This document shows, one piece after another, positions 8,317 through 17,857 of a stretch of DNA of 23,664 bases. Source of the stretch: a virus (Duplodnaviria; Heunggongvirae; Uroviricota; Caudoviricetes); IMG/VR virus record IMGVR_UViG_2663763326_000004, positions 1 to 23,664 of that record. One strand, written 5' to 3'. The translations under genes and the position numbers were made by a program. Under the pieces are notes generated by a model, which saw only the letters and a program-made list of their open reading frames with translations, was not told where the DNA came from and did not search any database. Numbering within the stretch: position 1 is the stretch's first letter; each line of letters begins with the position of its first letter.

Positions 8317-9507
8317 TTAATTGCTGTTAACCGAGGTGACCAGATTTGCCAGGTATTTATCGGTAATACGCTGGCGCAGGGTCAGGTTTTCGAGAGGAGG
8401 CACCGGGGTATAGTCGTAGTCGATATACAGTTTGCCGGCCTTGAGGGTTTCCGCATCGTTGGATTCTTCGCTAAACCAGCAGGTCGCATCCACGATATAG
8501 CCGTTTGTTTTCAGCTCACGGAATTTGGCATTGATGCCGTCAACGATGTCGCGAATCAGCGTTGCGGTGATGGGCTTGTCCACCGCCCACATGTGCGCCT
8601 CAGCCATCGTGTCGGCCAGCACCTGCGCGGTGCGGGTGTAGTTTTCAAAGAGGAACAGCGGGTCATCAGAGCAGGTACGGTTACCCCAGAAGCGGAAACC
8701 GTCACGGCGAATCAGCGTTGTGACACCTGACTCGTTCAGCAGGTCAGCATCGGTGCCGGACTCCTGCAAATCCCAGAATACGGACGCACTGATGCCGGTA
8801 ACACCGTTTACCCCGACGTTGGACAGCGTTTTATGCCAGCCCTGCTCCTGGTCGATTCTGGCACGCAGACCCAGCGCACGGGCGGTGGCATACGCGGTGG
8901 CGGTGGTACTGGTGACCGTATCCCATGCGAGGAAATCCGGCCAGATTACCATCAGCTCACGCTGGCTGAAATTCTGGCGGTAGGCTTTCACCTCGGAAAT
9001 GGTTTTACAGCCCCATGCGCTGATATACCCGAAAGCGCGCAGCTTCTGGCAGACTGATGCCAGTGCAACAGCCACCTCTTTGGTGTCCAGTCCCGGCACA
9101 CCGAGAATACGCGGTTTAACACCGGTTACCGACTCTGCCGCCAGCAGGGCTTTCAGTCCGGTATACTGACCGTTTTCGTCAGTGGTGCCGATGATATTGG
9201 AAACGGTCTGCGCGAGTTTCGTTTCTTCGTCGTCGCCGGTGCCGTCTTCCACACGCACGACAACGGTGACCGGTTTTGACTGGTCAGCGATGGCCTGCAG
9301 CGACGCCGCCAGCGTGCCTTTTTTACCGGCCTTTGCAATTGCGCTCTGCACATTGGTAATCAGCACAGGTTTATTGAGGGGGAAGGTTTCCGCATCCGCA
9401 TCGCTGGCCGTGCAGACCATGCCGACAATGGCAGTGGATACAGTGGAAATGACGCGGGTGCCGTCGTTAATCTCCAGCACCTGCACGCCGTGATGATAGT
9501 CACTCAT
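8317..9507 (-). CDS. FI: Contractile tail sheath protein FI (396 aa)
   Basis: 396 aa starting MSDYHHGVQVLEINDGTRVISTVSTAIVG, with a GGAG ribosome-binding site 8 nt upstream. Matches P2 gpFI. Confidence 0.9.
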   Translation of the reverse strand: MSDYHHGVQVLEINDGTRVISTVSTAIVGMVCTASDADAETFPLNKPVLITNVQSAIAKAGKKGTLAASLQAIADQSKPVTVVVRVEDGTGDDEETKLAQTVSNIIGTTDENGQYTGLKALLAAESVTGVKPRILGVPGLDTKEVAVALASVCQKLRAFGYISAWGCKTISEVKAYRQNFSQRELMVIWPDFLAWDTVTSTTATAYATARALGLRARIDQEQGWHKTLSNVGVNGVTGISASVFWDLQESGTDADLLNESGVTTLIRRDGFRFWGNRTCSDDPLFLFENYTRTAQVLADTMAEAHMWAVDKPITATLIRDIVDGINAKFRELKTNGYIVDATCWFSEESNDAETLKAGKLYIDYDYTPVPPLENLTLRQRITDKYLANLVTSVNSN

Positions 9508-9534
9508 CCGTTTAACTCCGTGGTTAATGGGTGC

Positions 9535-9600
9535 AACTATTTTCTGTTGTGCAGAGCATGAGACGCTATTTGACCTGGCTGGTCAGTGGATGAAACAACA
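9535..9600 (-). promoter_or_regulatory. Candidate late promoter for the FI-FII-E-T-U-D operon (Ogr-dependent, P2 P_F-like)
   Basis: P2 late promoters carry an Ogr dyad (TGT-N12-ACA) centred near -55. Upstream of FI there is a partial match, TGT-ttcatccactga-cCA, and an A/T-rich -10-like AGAAAATAG about 25 nt before the ribosome-binding site. Confidence 0.3.
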
Positions 9601-10081
9601 GATAAAGAAAAGGCGAGCAATCAGCCCGCCTGCCTTGATTTGTACTCTTTCAGTTTCCAACTGACAAATTACGTAACCAAAACTCTGTCAAATCTGACAG
9701 TCTGCTTTGAGCGAAAAACAGGTATTGAGATACATAATAAATCATCTCAATTTTCAACTTTTCTGCCACTTAACATCTTGAGTAGTAAATAGTACAAAAC
9801 TATCTACTGCCGAAGGGCTCTAGGAAGTATGGTTTCTGCACAATAAGACTTATATCGGCTCACGGGGAGCCAAAAGATATTCATTGCCTAGAATTTGCAG
9901 ATGAGGTGGTAATCTGTACTGGGGCGGTACTGCAACAGCTATGTATATTTCCACTGCGGTAATCTGTACCAGCAGGTAGAAGCTGTTATACATCACCGCC
10001 CCTGTAGTGCTAATCCGGAGATAGCACTACTCTCATCAAGGCTTGTTCTTCCATAAACCGCAATAGGTGTTAGTTTTAGCC

Positions 10082-10939
10082 TTAATGTAAAATTAACAAT
10101 TGATTCAGACGCTTATGTAATTTTGTGGTTCTAAATGTATGATGATCGTAACTCATACGCATATAACTATCTATCTCATCCAGACGCATGTTCTTATTTA
10201 CAGATATATCAGTTTCATACATCATTTTTAATATACATGTAAAGTCATGACCATTGCATATAGAAAAATGATCTGGCGACATTAATTCTAATTTACGCAT
10301 TTCATTATATAAATTTTTCGCATTAAAATCCTTATCAGTACGACTCCTGCTAAGCACATGATTTATATATTTGGTTTCATCAACTACAACATCTGTCCTG
10401 TTAATACTTACAAAATTCCTGTAATTCATTCCTTTGAAATTAAGATTGCTATGTGTAAGATAATTGTACCATTTGAGAAGTCCGATTTTATAGCATGCAC
10501 AAAGGATGTTCATCTTTACATCCTGACAGAATATATCGGCCAATTCCCCTTGAATTAATTTTCTATCTGTATGTGACATAATGAATTTATCAACCGCACC
10601 ACCTTTTACTAACATCATTTCAAGGTCATGAGCATCAGTATAAAAAATCCCCTCGTGATTTATTCCGCTTAACTCATCAAAGTCCGCGTCACATACACCA
10701 TACACAGCATTATTACCTGCACGACGTAATTGACTAACAGCCAATATTACTTCACGTTTTCCATTTTCAGGTGATTCATAAATGATTCTATTATCAAGCC
10801 GATATGCATTGAAAAATCGGATATCTGAAATGCCCTCAACCACAATCAATATACAACGTTGATACATTTCATTTCTGAATAAAAGCATCATACTACTCAA
10901 CCAATCATCTTCGCGAACAGCATTGCGTAATGACATCAT
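10082..10939 (-). CDS. DUF4435/TOPRIM-like (OLD-family-type) putative nuclease, AriB-like effector of a PARIS-like system (285 aa)
   Basis: N-terminal ILIVVEGISD (TOPRIM glutamate) and downstream VYGVCDADFDE (DxD metal-binding motif). GC content is very low, and the ATG follows the upstream ATPase stop with no gap (TAA ATG). Confidence 0.7.
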   Translation of the reverse strand: MMSLRNAVREDDWLSSMMLLFRNEMYQRCILIVVEGISDIRFFNAYRLDNRIIYESPENGKREVILAVSQLRRAGNNAVYGVCDADFDELSGINHEGIFYTDAHDLEMMLVKGGAVDKFIMSHTDRKLIQGELADIFCQDVKMNILCACYKIGLLKWYNYLTHSNLNFKGMNYRNFVSINRTDVVVDETKYINHVLSRSRTDKDFNAKNLYNEMRKLELMSPDHFSICNGHDFTCILKMMYETDISVNKNMRLDEIDSYMRMSYDHHTFRTTKLHKRLNQLLILH

Positions 10940-12184
10940 TTACTCGTTTCCTTCTGAAAGCTGTTGGCTTTCATTTCTATTTCTAATCATTTCATATAGA
11001 TCGTATGTTAATTCCCAATTCTTACTAATTACTTGTGGTGAATGAGTAGCAATAATGACCTTTTCATACTTGTTAATCTTTTGTATTTTTTTGAGAGAAT
11101 CCAAGAAAGTTTGTTGCCAGGCGACATGTAATGATATTTCTGGCTCGTCTATAAGAATTACTTTTTGTGAAACAAAATCGAAAATCAAATTAAAAAGAAG
11201 AACTATTTGGTTCTGTTCACCTGATGAAAGCAAATTACGATCAATAACATCGCCATTGTGACTTTTGAAATAAAATCCGTTATCTCTATCAATCATCACT
11301 TTTTTAAAAGCTAAAACCTTTTCTTTCAAAATTGATTCAAATAAATCAATTTTTTGATGTAATGTCTGAAACGGTGACAATTTTCCAAGGGCATCTTCAA
11401 TATATAGATCCAACACACTTAGATATTCATTGCTACTATAAAAACTTGTGCTTTTTTGAGGCATTAGCTCGTTATCAGCCTGAATAAGGCCATAACGCAT
11501 ATAATGTCGACGTTTATCTTGAATACCATTTAAGCGATCTTGAATATTTTCTGATGAAAATCGTTTTGATTGCTCTAAACGCTCAAATAATCGAATAGGA
11601 AATGTAGCGTCTAATTTTTGTGATAATGCAGCGGAATCATCTTGTGCATTTTTCATTAAATATTTTAATTTTCTAGCACATAAGTCAATGACTGTTTCAT
11701 CAACAGCTTTGACTTGTAATCGATCTGCACATATAAAAGATACGTCTTCTTTCGATGTAATATGACTTAACACATCCGAAGATAATGGTTTATCAGTTCG
11801 TAATTTTTGTTTTGGTTTAACATCCCCCCTATGCAAGCTTACATAAAATAACTCTTCCATAATAGATTCATCTGTCTGTAACTTGAGTCTTTCTTCCGTT
11901 CTGTTTCCTGAGCTATTATCCAGATGATTCAATATTAAACCATCTTTATTGGTGTCATGAGTAATTGAAACAGAGCCACCTTGAAAATCAATTTTAATAA
12001 AATCAAAATTAAGTTTACAGAGAGCATTTAATTCATTTGTAAGAATACTATTGATGATTTTAAGAATCATTGTCTTACCATATCCATTTGGACCAGTAAG
12101 CATAGTAATTTCATTGTTATCCAAGGGAATTTCATAATCAAGGAGACCAAATAGTTTTTTTACTTTTAAATGTATCAATTTCAT
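10940..12184 (-). CDS. ABC/SMC-like ATPase (AAA_15/AAA_21 type), AriA-like sensor of a PARIS-like system (414 aa)
   Basis: Walker A GPNGYGKT, an ABC-signature-like LSSGEQ, Walker B VILIDEPE and an H-loop IIATHSP, with a long helical insertion between the nucleotide-binding halves. AT-rich codon usage is unlike the flanking phage genes. Confidence 0.75.
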   Translation of the reverse strand: MKLIHLKVKKLFGLLDYEIPLDNNEITMLTGPNGYGKTMILKIINSILTNELNALCKLNFDFIKIDFQGGSVSITHDTNKDGLILNHLDNSSGNRTEERLKLQTDESIMEELFYVSLHRGDVKPKQKLRTDKPLSSDVLSHITSKEDVSFICADRLQVKAVDETVIDLCARKLKYLMKNAQDDSAALSQKLDATFPIRLFERLEQSKRFSSENIQDRLNGIQDKRRHYMRYGLIQADNELMPQKSTSFYSSNEYLSVLDLYIEDALGKLSPFQTLHQKIDLFESILKEKVLAFKKVMIDRDNGFYFKSHNGDVIDRNLLSSGEQNQIVLLFNLIFDFVSQKVILIDEPEISLHVAWQQTFLDSLKKIQKINKYEKVIIATHSPQVISKNWELTYDLYEMIRNRNESQQLSEGNE

Positions 12185-12199
12185 ATCAACCTCGCAGAC

Positions 12200-12280
12200 G
12201 ATGAATTATAACCATTTATTACATGGCGCATATGAAATGCAATATATCATTGTCATGAGTTGCATTTCAAACATATGCCC
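12200..12280 (-). promoter_or_regulatory. Candidate sigma70 promoter(s) with an embedded inverted-repeat operator, upstream of the ATPase gene
   Basis: On the coding strand, TTGAAA, an 18-nt spacer and TATATT, followed by a second perfect TATAAT about 20 nt before the ATG and a GAGG ribosome-binding site. The inverted repeat GAAATGCAA-N17-TTGCATTTC brackets the first -35 and -10 elements. Confidence 0.4.
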
Positions 12281-13214
12281 CAACATCAATGCTAAATCCG
12301 TGATTAAAATTAATAAACTTCTGGTTTTTGCAAATAATTTCTTGCCCTAATAGTTTGGAAATACCTCTTTTAAATTTATAGTGAATAATATTACGCCCAT
12401 TTAGTTCTCTCTTTGCAGAACTGAACATGTCGGGAGCTACTGTGTGGAGAAACACTGAAACGATCGTTAGTGAATATTTGCACACTGGTGATAGTACTAA
12501 ACAGCCCTTTGGTCATGTCCGAAAAATAGTGACTCGTACAACATGATCGATGTGATAGCATTTATGACAGTGAAACATAACAATCACCTTTGAACATTTT
12601 CCATACGTGCATTATACCTATTAAATCTAAACAAAACAAATAGATATAAAATATTCATCCGCGTATCTTCATGCTCTCATATACCACATACGGGAGCCTT
12701 AACATCAAGTACTAAGCACGTCGTGAAGCTGTTTCCGTTAAGACGACTTTGCACTACTTGACTGATTAGCCATGCCTGCTTGTCTATCACACATTTAAAG
12801 TTTTTCATCGCTAACGTAGTTAGTCCATTCCCTTGAATGGCGTTTTACCAGTCTATATATGACAAATATCGTACTTTTTCCACATTCAGTCCAATTCATT
12901 CACCGCTCCCGATTCACCTACAACACCCTCTCAACGACGTTCTCTGTACCTGTAATACCGGCGCAAATTGCGTCGAAAATGTCGTTCTGCATCGCATAAA
13001 CCTTCATCAGATTTGGCCTACAATGCAGCGAATAGTCTGAAATTAAAAACCGATGATGATGGACTGTACTGTTCATGCAAGTCTGGTCGCTCTGTGCCTC
13101 ATCAAGGAATGAATAATGATCTTGGCGACGTCTACTCTTGGCACAGAGCGGACTGTCAGATTAGTTTTTACTCTGTGCCATAGATGAGTAATCTCACACC
13201 AGATCTAATACAAT

Positions 13215-13793
13215 TTATTGCGGCATTTCCGGCCATTCTATATCCGGAGCATCTTCCGGCTGAACGCGATTCAGTAACACACGGTATTTTTTCCAGTGTG
13301 TCAGGCTTAACTTTTCTTCCTCGGTAGCCATATCTAAATCGACAGCATCCTGCAGCGTGGCAATGATTTCACCTGCATATGCAATCTGCTCTTTCTTCTG
13401 AGACTCCGCCGCTCTGACAAGCGCATCACGCTCTGCATTCTCATCATTCACCCACGCATTTCCGTTCCATTTCTGATAATCCCCCTCCGGGGAAATGGCT
13501 GTCACGTCTGGAGGTAATGCGCCAAGTTCAGAAATATAAATGGCTGCTCCCGTTTTCGTTTCGTAGACAGTCTTTCCGCGATGATCTTCCATCAACTCCC
13601 ATTTCATTTCATCTGCATTGAAAACGGCTGCATAACCAGCAGGAATATCAGGTGGTGCAATATCTGTACTGTTTGCAGGCAGGCCAGTATACGGCGGAAT
13701 ATATGCATCACTTTCGCCAATAAACTCATTGGTTCCATCAAGTAAATTGAAAACGCGGATAGTTTGTGCTTCTGCACTCATTCTGAAAGCCAT
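13215..13793 (-). CDS. G: Tail fiber assembly protein G (192 aa)
   Basis: Directly downstream of H with its ATG overlapping the H stop (TAATG). Size and position match P2 gpG. Confidence 0.8.
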   Translation of the reverse strand: MAFRMSAEAQTIRVFNLLDGTNEFIGESDAYIPPYTGLPANSTDIAPPDIPAGYAAVFNADEMKWELMEDHRGKTVYETKTGAAIYISELGALPPDVTAISPEGDYQKWNGNAWVNDENAERDALVRAAESQKKEQIAYAGEIIATLQDAVDLDMATEEEKLSLTHWKKYRVLLNRVQPEDAPDIEWPEMPQ

Positions 13794-16411
13794 TATGCAA
13801 GCCTCACAATATAGTTAAATGCGATGTTTTTGACGGTGTTTTCGGTATTACCAGTAGCATTTACGGTAATGGAATGCCCGTGTGAGCCAATAGCAACAGT
13901 GTGTGAATGTGCACCAATACCAACAGTATGGTTATGTGCTCCAATGTCGACTGTATGTGCATGATTGCCTGATGAACTTGTAGTCGTAGCACCTTTATCA
14001 CTTCGCGGAACACCATAATCTGCACCGCCTGATTGCACGCTCACAGCAAAACCGACGGTATGTGTATGATTGCCAGAAGTATTGGTTGATTTTGTGCCGT
14101 GGTTAAACGTACTGACTGTTTTTGTCCCGTAATCAAATGAACTGGTCGTTTTCGTTCCTAAGTCCGTATTTGACGCACTGGCGCTGTGAGTATGCGATTT
14201 AATCCCGTCCTGTTCCTGTGACAATACGGCACGCCCACTGGCGGGTTTGCCCTTGATTGTCCAGCCGCGCATATCAGGAATAACACCAGAAGGATAGGCA
14301 ATAGCCAGTTTCGGATATGCAGCCTTATCAAACGTCTGCCCCTGCATGATCGCATAGCCTGCAGGTGGTGTATCTGATGGCCACGGCAGCGGAACACCTG
14401 GCGGAAACGCTTCAATATCTTTCGTCCCGTCAAAGGTTACGCCGTTAATTGTCCTTGCCGTTTTCAGCTTTGTTGCTGTAGCAGCATTGCCGGACAGTTC
14501 GCCTGAAAGACCGGCGCTGAAGGTTTGTTTCGCCGCCCATGTCTGGGCTTCGTCAATAATTGGCACACGTCTTGTGGTGATCGTGCGACTTCCCGGATTT
14601 CCTGAAATACGCACCATAAAAAAGCGGTAGTTCGCTTTACTTACAGTGCTGCGCCATACATGCATTGAGCGCCCCGCACCGGAATCATCACTCGGACCAA
14701 CTGAGATGTTTATCAGGTTGCCATCAATGACGCCCCAGTCCATACCTTCGGGAATGTTGGTCATGTTATCAAGCCGAACGGTTATCAGACTGCCCGGCAC
14801 AAAGTCGTAGGTCTGCCAGTCCAGGCTGGAGAGTTTTGCCACTGCACCGCCGATACCCAGATTCAGGGGAAGTGAATACGAGGTGTAGACTTCCCGCCAT
14901 TCGCTCCACGAGCTGCCGGTATAGACGCGCTCAAACGTGCGACCTTTAAGGGTTGCACCTGTTCCGGCAGTTGTATAACGCTGCCATACGTTAACACCAT
15001 CAAAGCGCCTCAACACTTCCAGAATCCCGAGGACTGTCACGCCGTTTCCGTCCAGTATTGGACCGTTGGTCGCTTTACCTGTAACGCTGTAAATACCTGG
15101 TGAAGTCACCTCATTCAAATCCCCGTCGTAATAACGACTCTCTGACTGATGACCGACTCTTAACCACGGTTCCCACTGTGGATTTGATGCATCCCAGCTT
15201 GCCGCAAGGCAGCGGACATACATATTTCCACGGCGAGTGGTATAACGTTGCGTTCTTCCATAATTCCCGCCTTCGAGGATCTCAAGCATCCCCTGAGCAA
15301 AGCCGCCTTCCTCTGGATAATTGCGTTCATATGAAGCTATAGCCGAGCTACTGTTACGCCATAAACCAAGATGCTCGGCGGCTCCAAGCGTATTCAGGTC
15401 TATAGTCGTACTCAAAGGGCGGGTAGCAGATTGAGTGTGACGCCATACGCCCCACGGACCATCAGTGCCATTCCACTTATTGGCGAGTTTACGCATGTAA
15501 ACATTGCCGTCTCTCGTGGTAAAGCGTTGCGTACCTGCAAAATTGCCGGCAGCAAAAACCTCAAGCACACCGACAGCATTATCTTCCGGGAAATTTTTCT
15601 CCAGTGTTGCGTTAGTTGAGGTAGCTTTAGACCAGATCCCCAGATAAGCCTTAACGGGACCAAATGTATTCAGGTCGGCATCAACCGGCATTTCGCCATT
15701 GTTTTTCATAAACGTCAGACTGGTAACGCCAACATTGTCCAGAAAAGCTGATTTATCCTGGATATCTGCACCATTCTGATTTTTCGCCAGACGTGAATTT
15801 GCGTTGTCATTTGCTGCCTTGACCGCTTTTGGCGTTGCCGCCAATGACTCACTGGTGCTGTTTGTTGCACTGCTTAACTGAGTAAAACCTTTTTCTGTCA
15901 GCGTGGCGTCAGGATGGCGGCGGGACTGCTCATGTTCTGCGATTTTGTCATCGACGTAATCCTGCGTCGCCATCACTGTGCTGGCATCAATACTCAGCTC
16001 AACGGACGCCACGTTACTGACAATAATAACCATGCGGCAGGTCTGCGCACGCCCGGAGCCTTCAGCGAGTTCAGGCTTATAGCTTTCTGCCATGTTGGCG
16101 ACCGCAATCAGTGTTCCGGCATCGTCATACAGACCAAGCTCACGCATCCAGAAGCCGCCCACTTCGGGCGGTACAACCAGTTCAGCCACGATATAGTTTT
16201 TATTCTTATTATCCACGCTGACTTTATTCAGAGCGTGACGCCAGACCTCATGCACCAGTTTCGTCTGACCGGCATCCGGCACCGGCAATTTGCCATTACC
16301 GTCACCCACGGCCATTGCAGACAGGTTTACTTTTTTCCCGCCGGGGACAGTGGCGGCTGCCAGCTTCGCGGCTCCGGCAGTAGTGATAACGGTTTTAAAT
16401 TTCGTGCTCAT
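13793..16411 (-). CDS. H: Tail fiber protein H (872 aa)
   Basis: Conserved P2-type N-terminus [30 protein letters not shown]. The central region has three tandem repeats of about 60-70 aa and the C-terminus has repeated HxH motifs (GNHTHT, GNHAHT, AHNHT, AHSHT, SHGHS). Confidence 0.9.
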   Translation of the reverse strand: MSTKFKTVITTAGAAKLAAATVPGGKKVNLSAMAVGDGNGKLPVPDAGQTKLVHEVWRHALNKVSVDNKNKNYIVAELVVPPEVGGFWMRELGLYDDAGTLIAVANMAESYKPELAEGSGRAQTCRMVIIVSNVASVELSIDASTVMATQDYVDDKIAEHEQSRRHPDATLTEKGFTQLSSATNSTSESLAATPKAVKAANDNANSRLAKNQNGADIQDKSAFLDNVGVTSLTFMKNNGEMPVDADLNTFGPVKAYLGIWSKATSTNATLEKNFPEDNAVGVLEVFAAGNFAGTQRFTTRDGNVYMRKLANKWNGTDGPWGVWRHTQSATRPLSTTIDLNTLGAAEHLGLWRNSSSAIASYERNYPEEGGFAQGMLEILEGGNYGRTQRYTTRRGNMYVRCLAASWDASNPQWEPWLRVGHQSESRYYDGDLNEVTSPGIYSVTGKATNGPILDGNGVTVLGILEVLRRFDGVNVWQRYTTAGTGATLKGRTFERVYTGSSWSEWREVYTSYSLPLNLGIGGAVAKLSSLDWQTYDFVPGSLITVRLDNMTNIPEGMDWGVIDGNLINISVGPSDDSGAGRSMHVWRSTVSKANYRFFMVRISGNPGSRTITTRRVPIIDEAQTWAAKQTFSAGLSGELSGNAATATKLKTARTINGVTFDGTKDIEAFPPGVPLPWPSDTPPAGYAIMQGQTFDKAAYPKLAIAYPSGVIPDMRGWTIKGKPASGRAVLSQEQDGIKSHTHSASASNTDLGTKTTSSFDYGTKTVSTFNHGTKSTNTSGNHTHTVGFAVSVQSGGADYGVPRSDKGATTTSSSGNHAHTVDIGAHNHTVGIGAHSHTVAIGSHGHSITVNATGNTENTVKNIAFNYIVRLA

Positions 16412-16421
16412 TGTTTCTCAC

Positions 16422-16952
16422 TTATCCGGGATAAACAGTAATAACATCACCATCACAGACCACACCGCCTGTATACAGATAGCCGGGAATGTCCTGGATA
16501 ATGTTCAGGCCGATAAGGTGGCGACTTGCGGGTTTGGCATCGGCAATCAGCCGTTCCATTTCCAGATACATTTCCTCTGTGATACCGCTTTCCAGCACAC
16601 CGATATCAAGACGAAAGGTTCCGGCCGGGTCGTTTGTCTCCCACCATTCCTTTACGTTAATGAGATAGCCGAGCGGCTCCACCACACGCCGGATTGCGCC
16701 GACAGTGCCTTTATGACAGTGGATGAAATAGGCATCGCGGATAACGGCGCGTTTTGTCGCTTCCGGCCACTTTTCATCCCACCTGTCGACCGAAAACGCC
16801 CACGCCAGCCACGGCAGCAGATTTGCCGGGCAGGTGTCCGGGTTCCACAGCTCACGAATACTGACCGGCGTTTTTTCAATTTCCGCACAGGCTTTTGCGG
16901 CGGCGACCTCAAGCGGTGATGAGCCGGTCGGCAGCAGGCGCGAATCACTCAT
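16422..16952 (-). CDS. I: Baseplate assembly protein I (176 aa)
   Basis: 176 aa between J and H, matching P2 gpI. Confidence 0.85.
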   Translation of the reverse strand: MSDSRLLPTGSSPLEVAAAKACAEIEKTPVSIRELWNPDTCPANLLPWLAWAFSVDRWDEKWPEATKRAVIRDAYFIHCHKGTVGAIRRVVEPLGYLINVKEWWETNDPAGTFRLDIGVLESGITEEMYLEMERLIADAKPASRHLIGLNIIQDIPGYLYTGGVVCDGDVITVYPG

Positions 16953-17853
16953 CCGAGCCTCCGGTCACGACGCGGTATTCGGTACAGAAAGACGCCTGCG
17001 TATTGTTGAGCACGATGTCGGCCAGCGGTGCAGCCAGTTCGACACGCTGCACGCCTTCCACATGCAAAGCGGCATAAATGGCAGACAGACGGATGTCGCG
17101 CCCCAGCCGGTGCTGTGCCGTGATATACGCTTCCAGTTTTTTCACGGCGGCAGCGCGGATGGGTTCGCTTTCGGGACCAGGGTAAAGGTAAAGCGTGGCG
17201 TTTATCTGGTATTCAACAATGGCGGCAGACTGCACGGTCACGCGGTCGGCCACCGGCCTGACGTCCTCGCCATTCAGGGCGTTACGCACCACCGCCAGCA
17301 GGTCTTCGGATGCGACGCCGTTATTTTCACGTGACAGCACAGAGATGGTGACGCAGGCCGGAGAAGGACTGGTGACAGAGATATCCGCGACACGCCCGTC
17401 GGCACTGCGACCATGATACTGATAGGCTCCCACCGACCCGGCGACGCTTAAACCTTCAAACGCCTGCTGAATACGCAGACGATAATCGGTGTCAGATTCC
17501 ATCACTGCCGGTGTCGGCGGGATGGTCGAATCATCTGCCGGGGTGATAATCAGGCGCGTGGTGTTGTAATTGGCACCAATCACATCAAGGTCGTTACCGG
17601 CGGCACAGGCCAGCATCACCGCCCGTGCGGCCTCATTCACACGCTGACGCCAGATAAGCTCACGATAAGCATTTTCCTCCAGCAGTTTGACGAGAGGCTC
17701 GGATTCCAGCGTCAGGGTACGGGCGACCGCCTCCTGCTGGTCTTCCGGGTAAAGGGAAATCAGTGTCGCCTTGCGTTCAGCGAGAATGGTTTCAAAGTCC
17801 AGCTCCTCGACCACATCCGGTGCGGGTAGCTGGTTCAGGTCGATAATCGGCAT
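16945..17853 (-). CDS. J: Baseplate assembly protein J (302 aa)
   Basis: 302 aa, overlapping the start of I by 8 nt, matching P2 gpJ. Confidence 0.85.
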   Translation of the reverse strand: MPIIDLNQLPAPDVVEELDFETILAERKATLISLYPEDQQEAVARTLTLESEPLVKLLEENAYRELIWRQRVNEAARAVMLACAAGNDLDVIGANYNTTRLIITPADDSTIPPTPAVMESDTDYRLRIQQAFEGLSVAGSVGAYQYHGRSADGRVADISVTSPSPACVTISVLSRENNGVASEDLLAVVRNALNGEDVRPVADRVTVQSAAIVEYQINATLYLYPGPESEPIRAAAVKKLEAYITAQHRLGRDIRLSAIYAALHVEGVQRVELAAPLADIVLNNTQASFCTEYRVVTGGSDE

Positions 17854-17857
17854 GGTT

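Noticed and set aside
9586-9792. 68-aa plus-strand ORF in the FI-cargo intergenic region
   Set aside because: No ribosome-binding site, opposite to all neighbouring transcription, and overlapping the proposed FI promoter and palindrome region.
12267-12485. 72-aa minus-strand ORF upstream of the ATPase gene (possible third operon gene or small regulator)
   Set aside because: It starts at a GTG with no ribosome-binding site and its 3' end overlaps the promoter elements of the ATPase gene. It cannot be excluded as a small protein, but the evidence is too weak to annotate.
12837-13183. Two overlapping plus-strand ORFs (67 and 71 aa) in the AT-rich spacer between G and the cargo operon
   Set aside because: They overlap each other in different frames, lack ribosome-binding sites, and the second ends inside the 10-bp inverted repeat.
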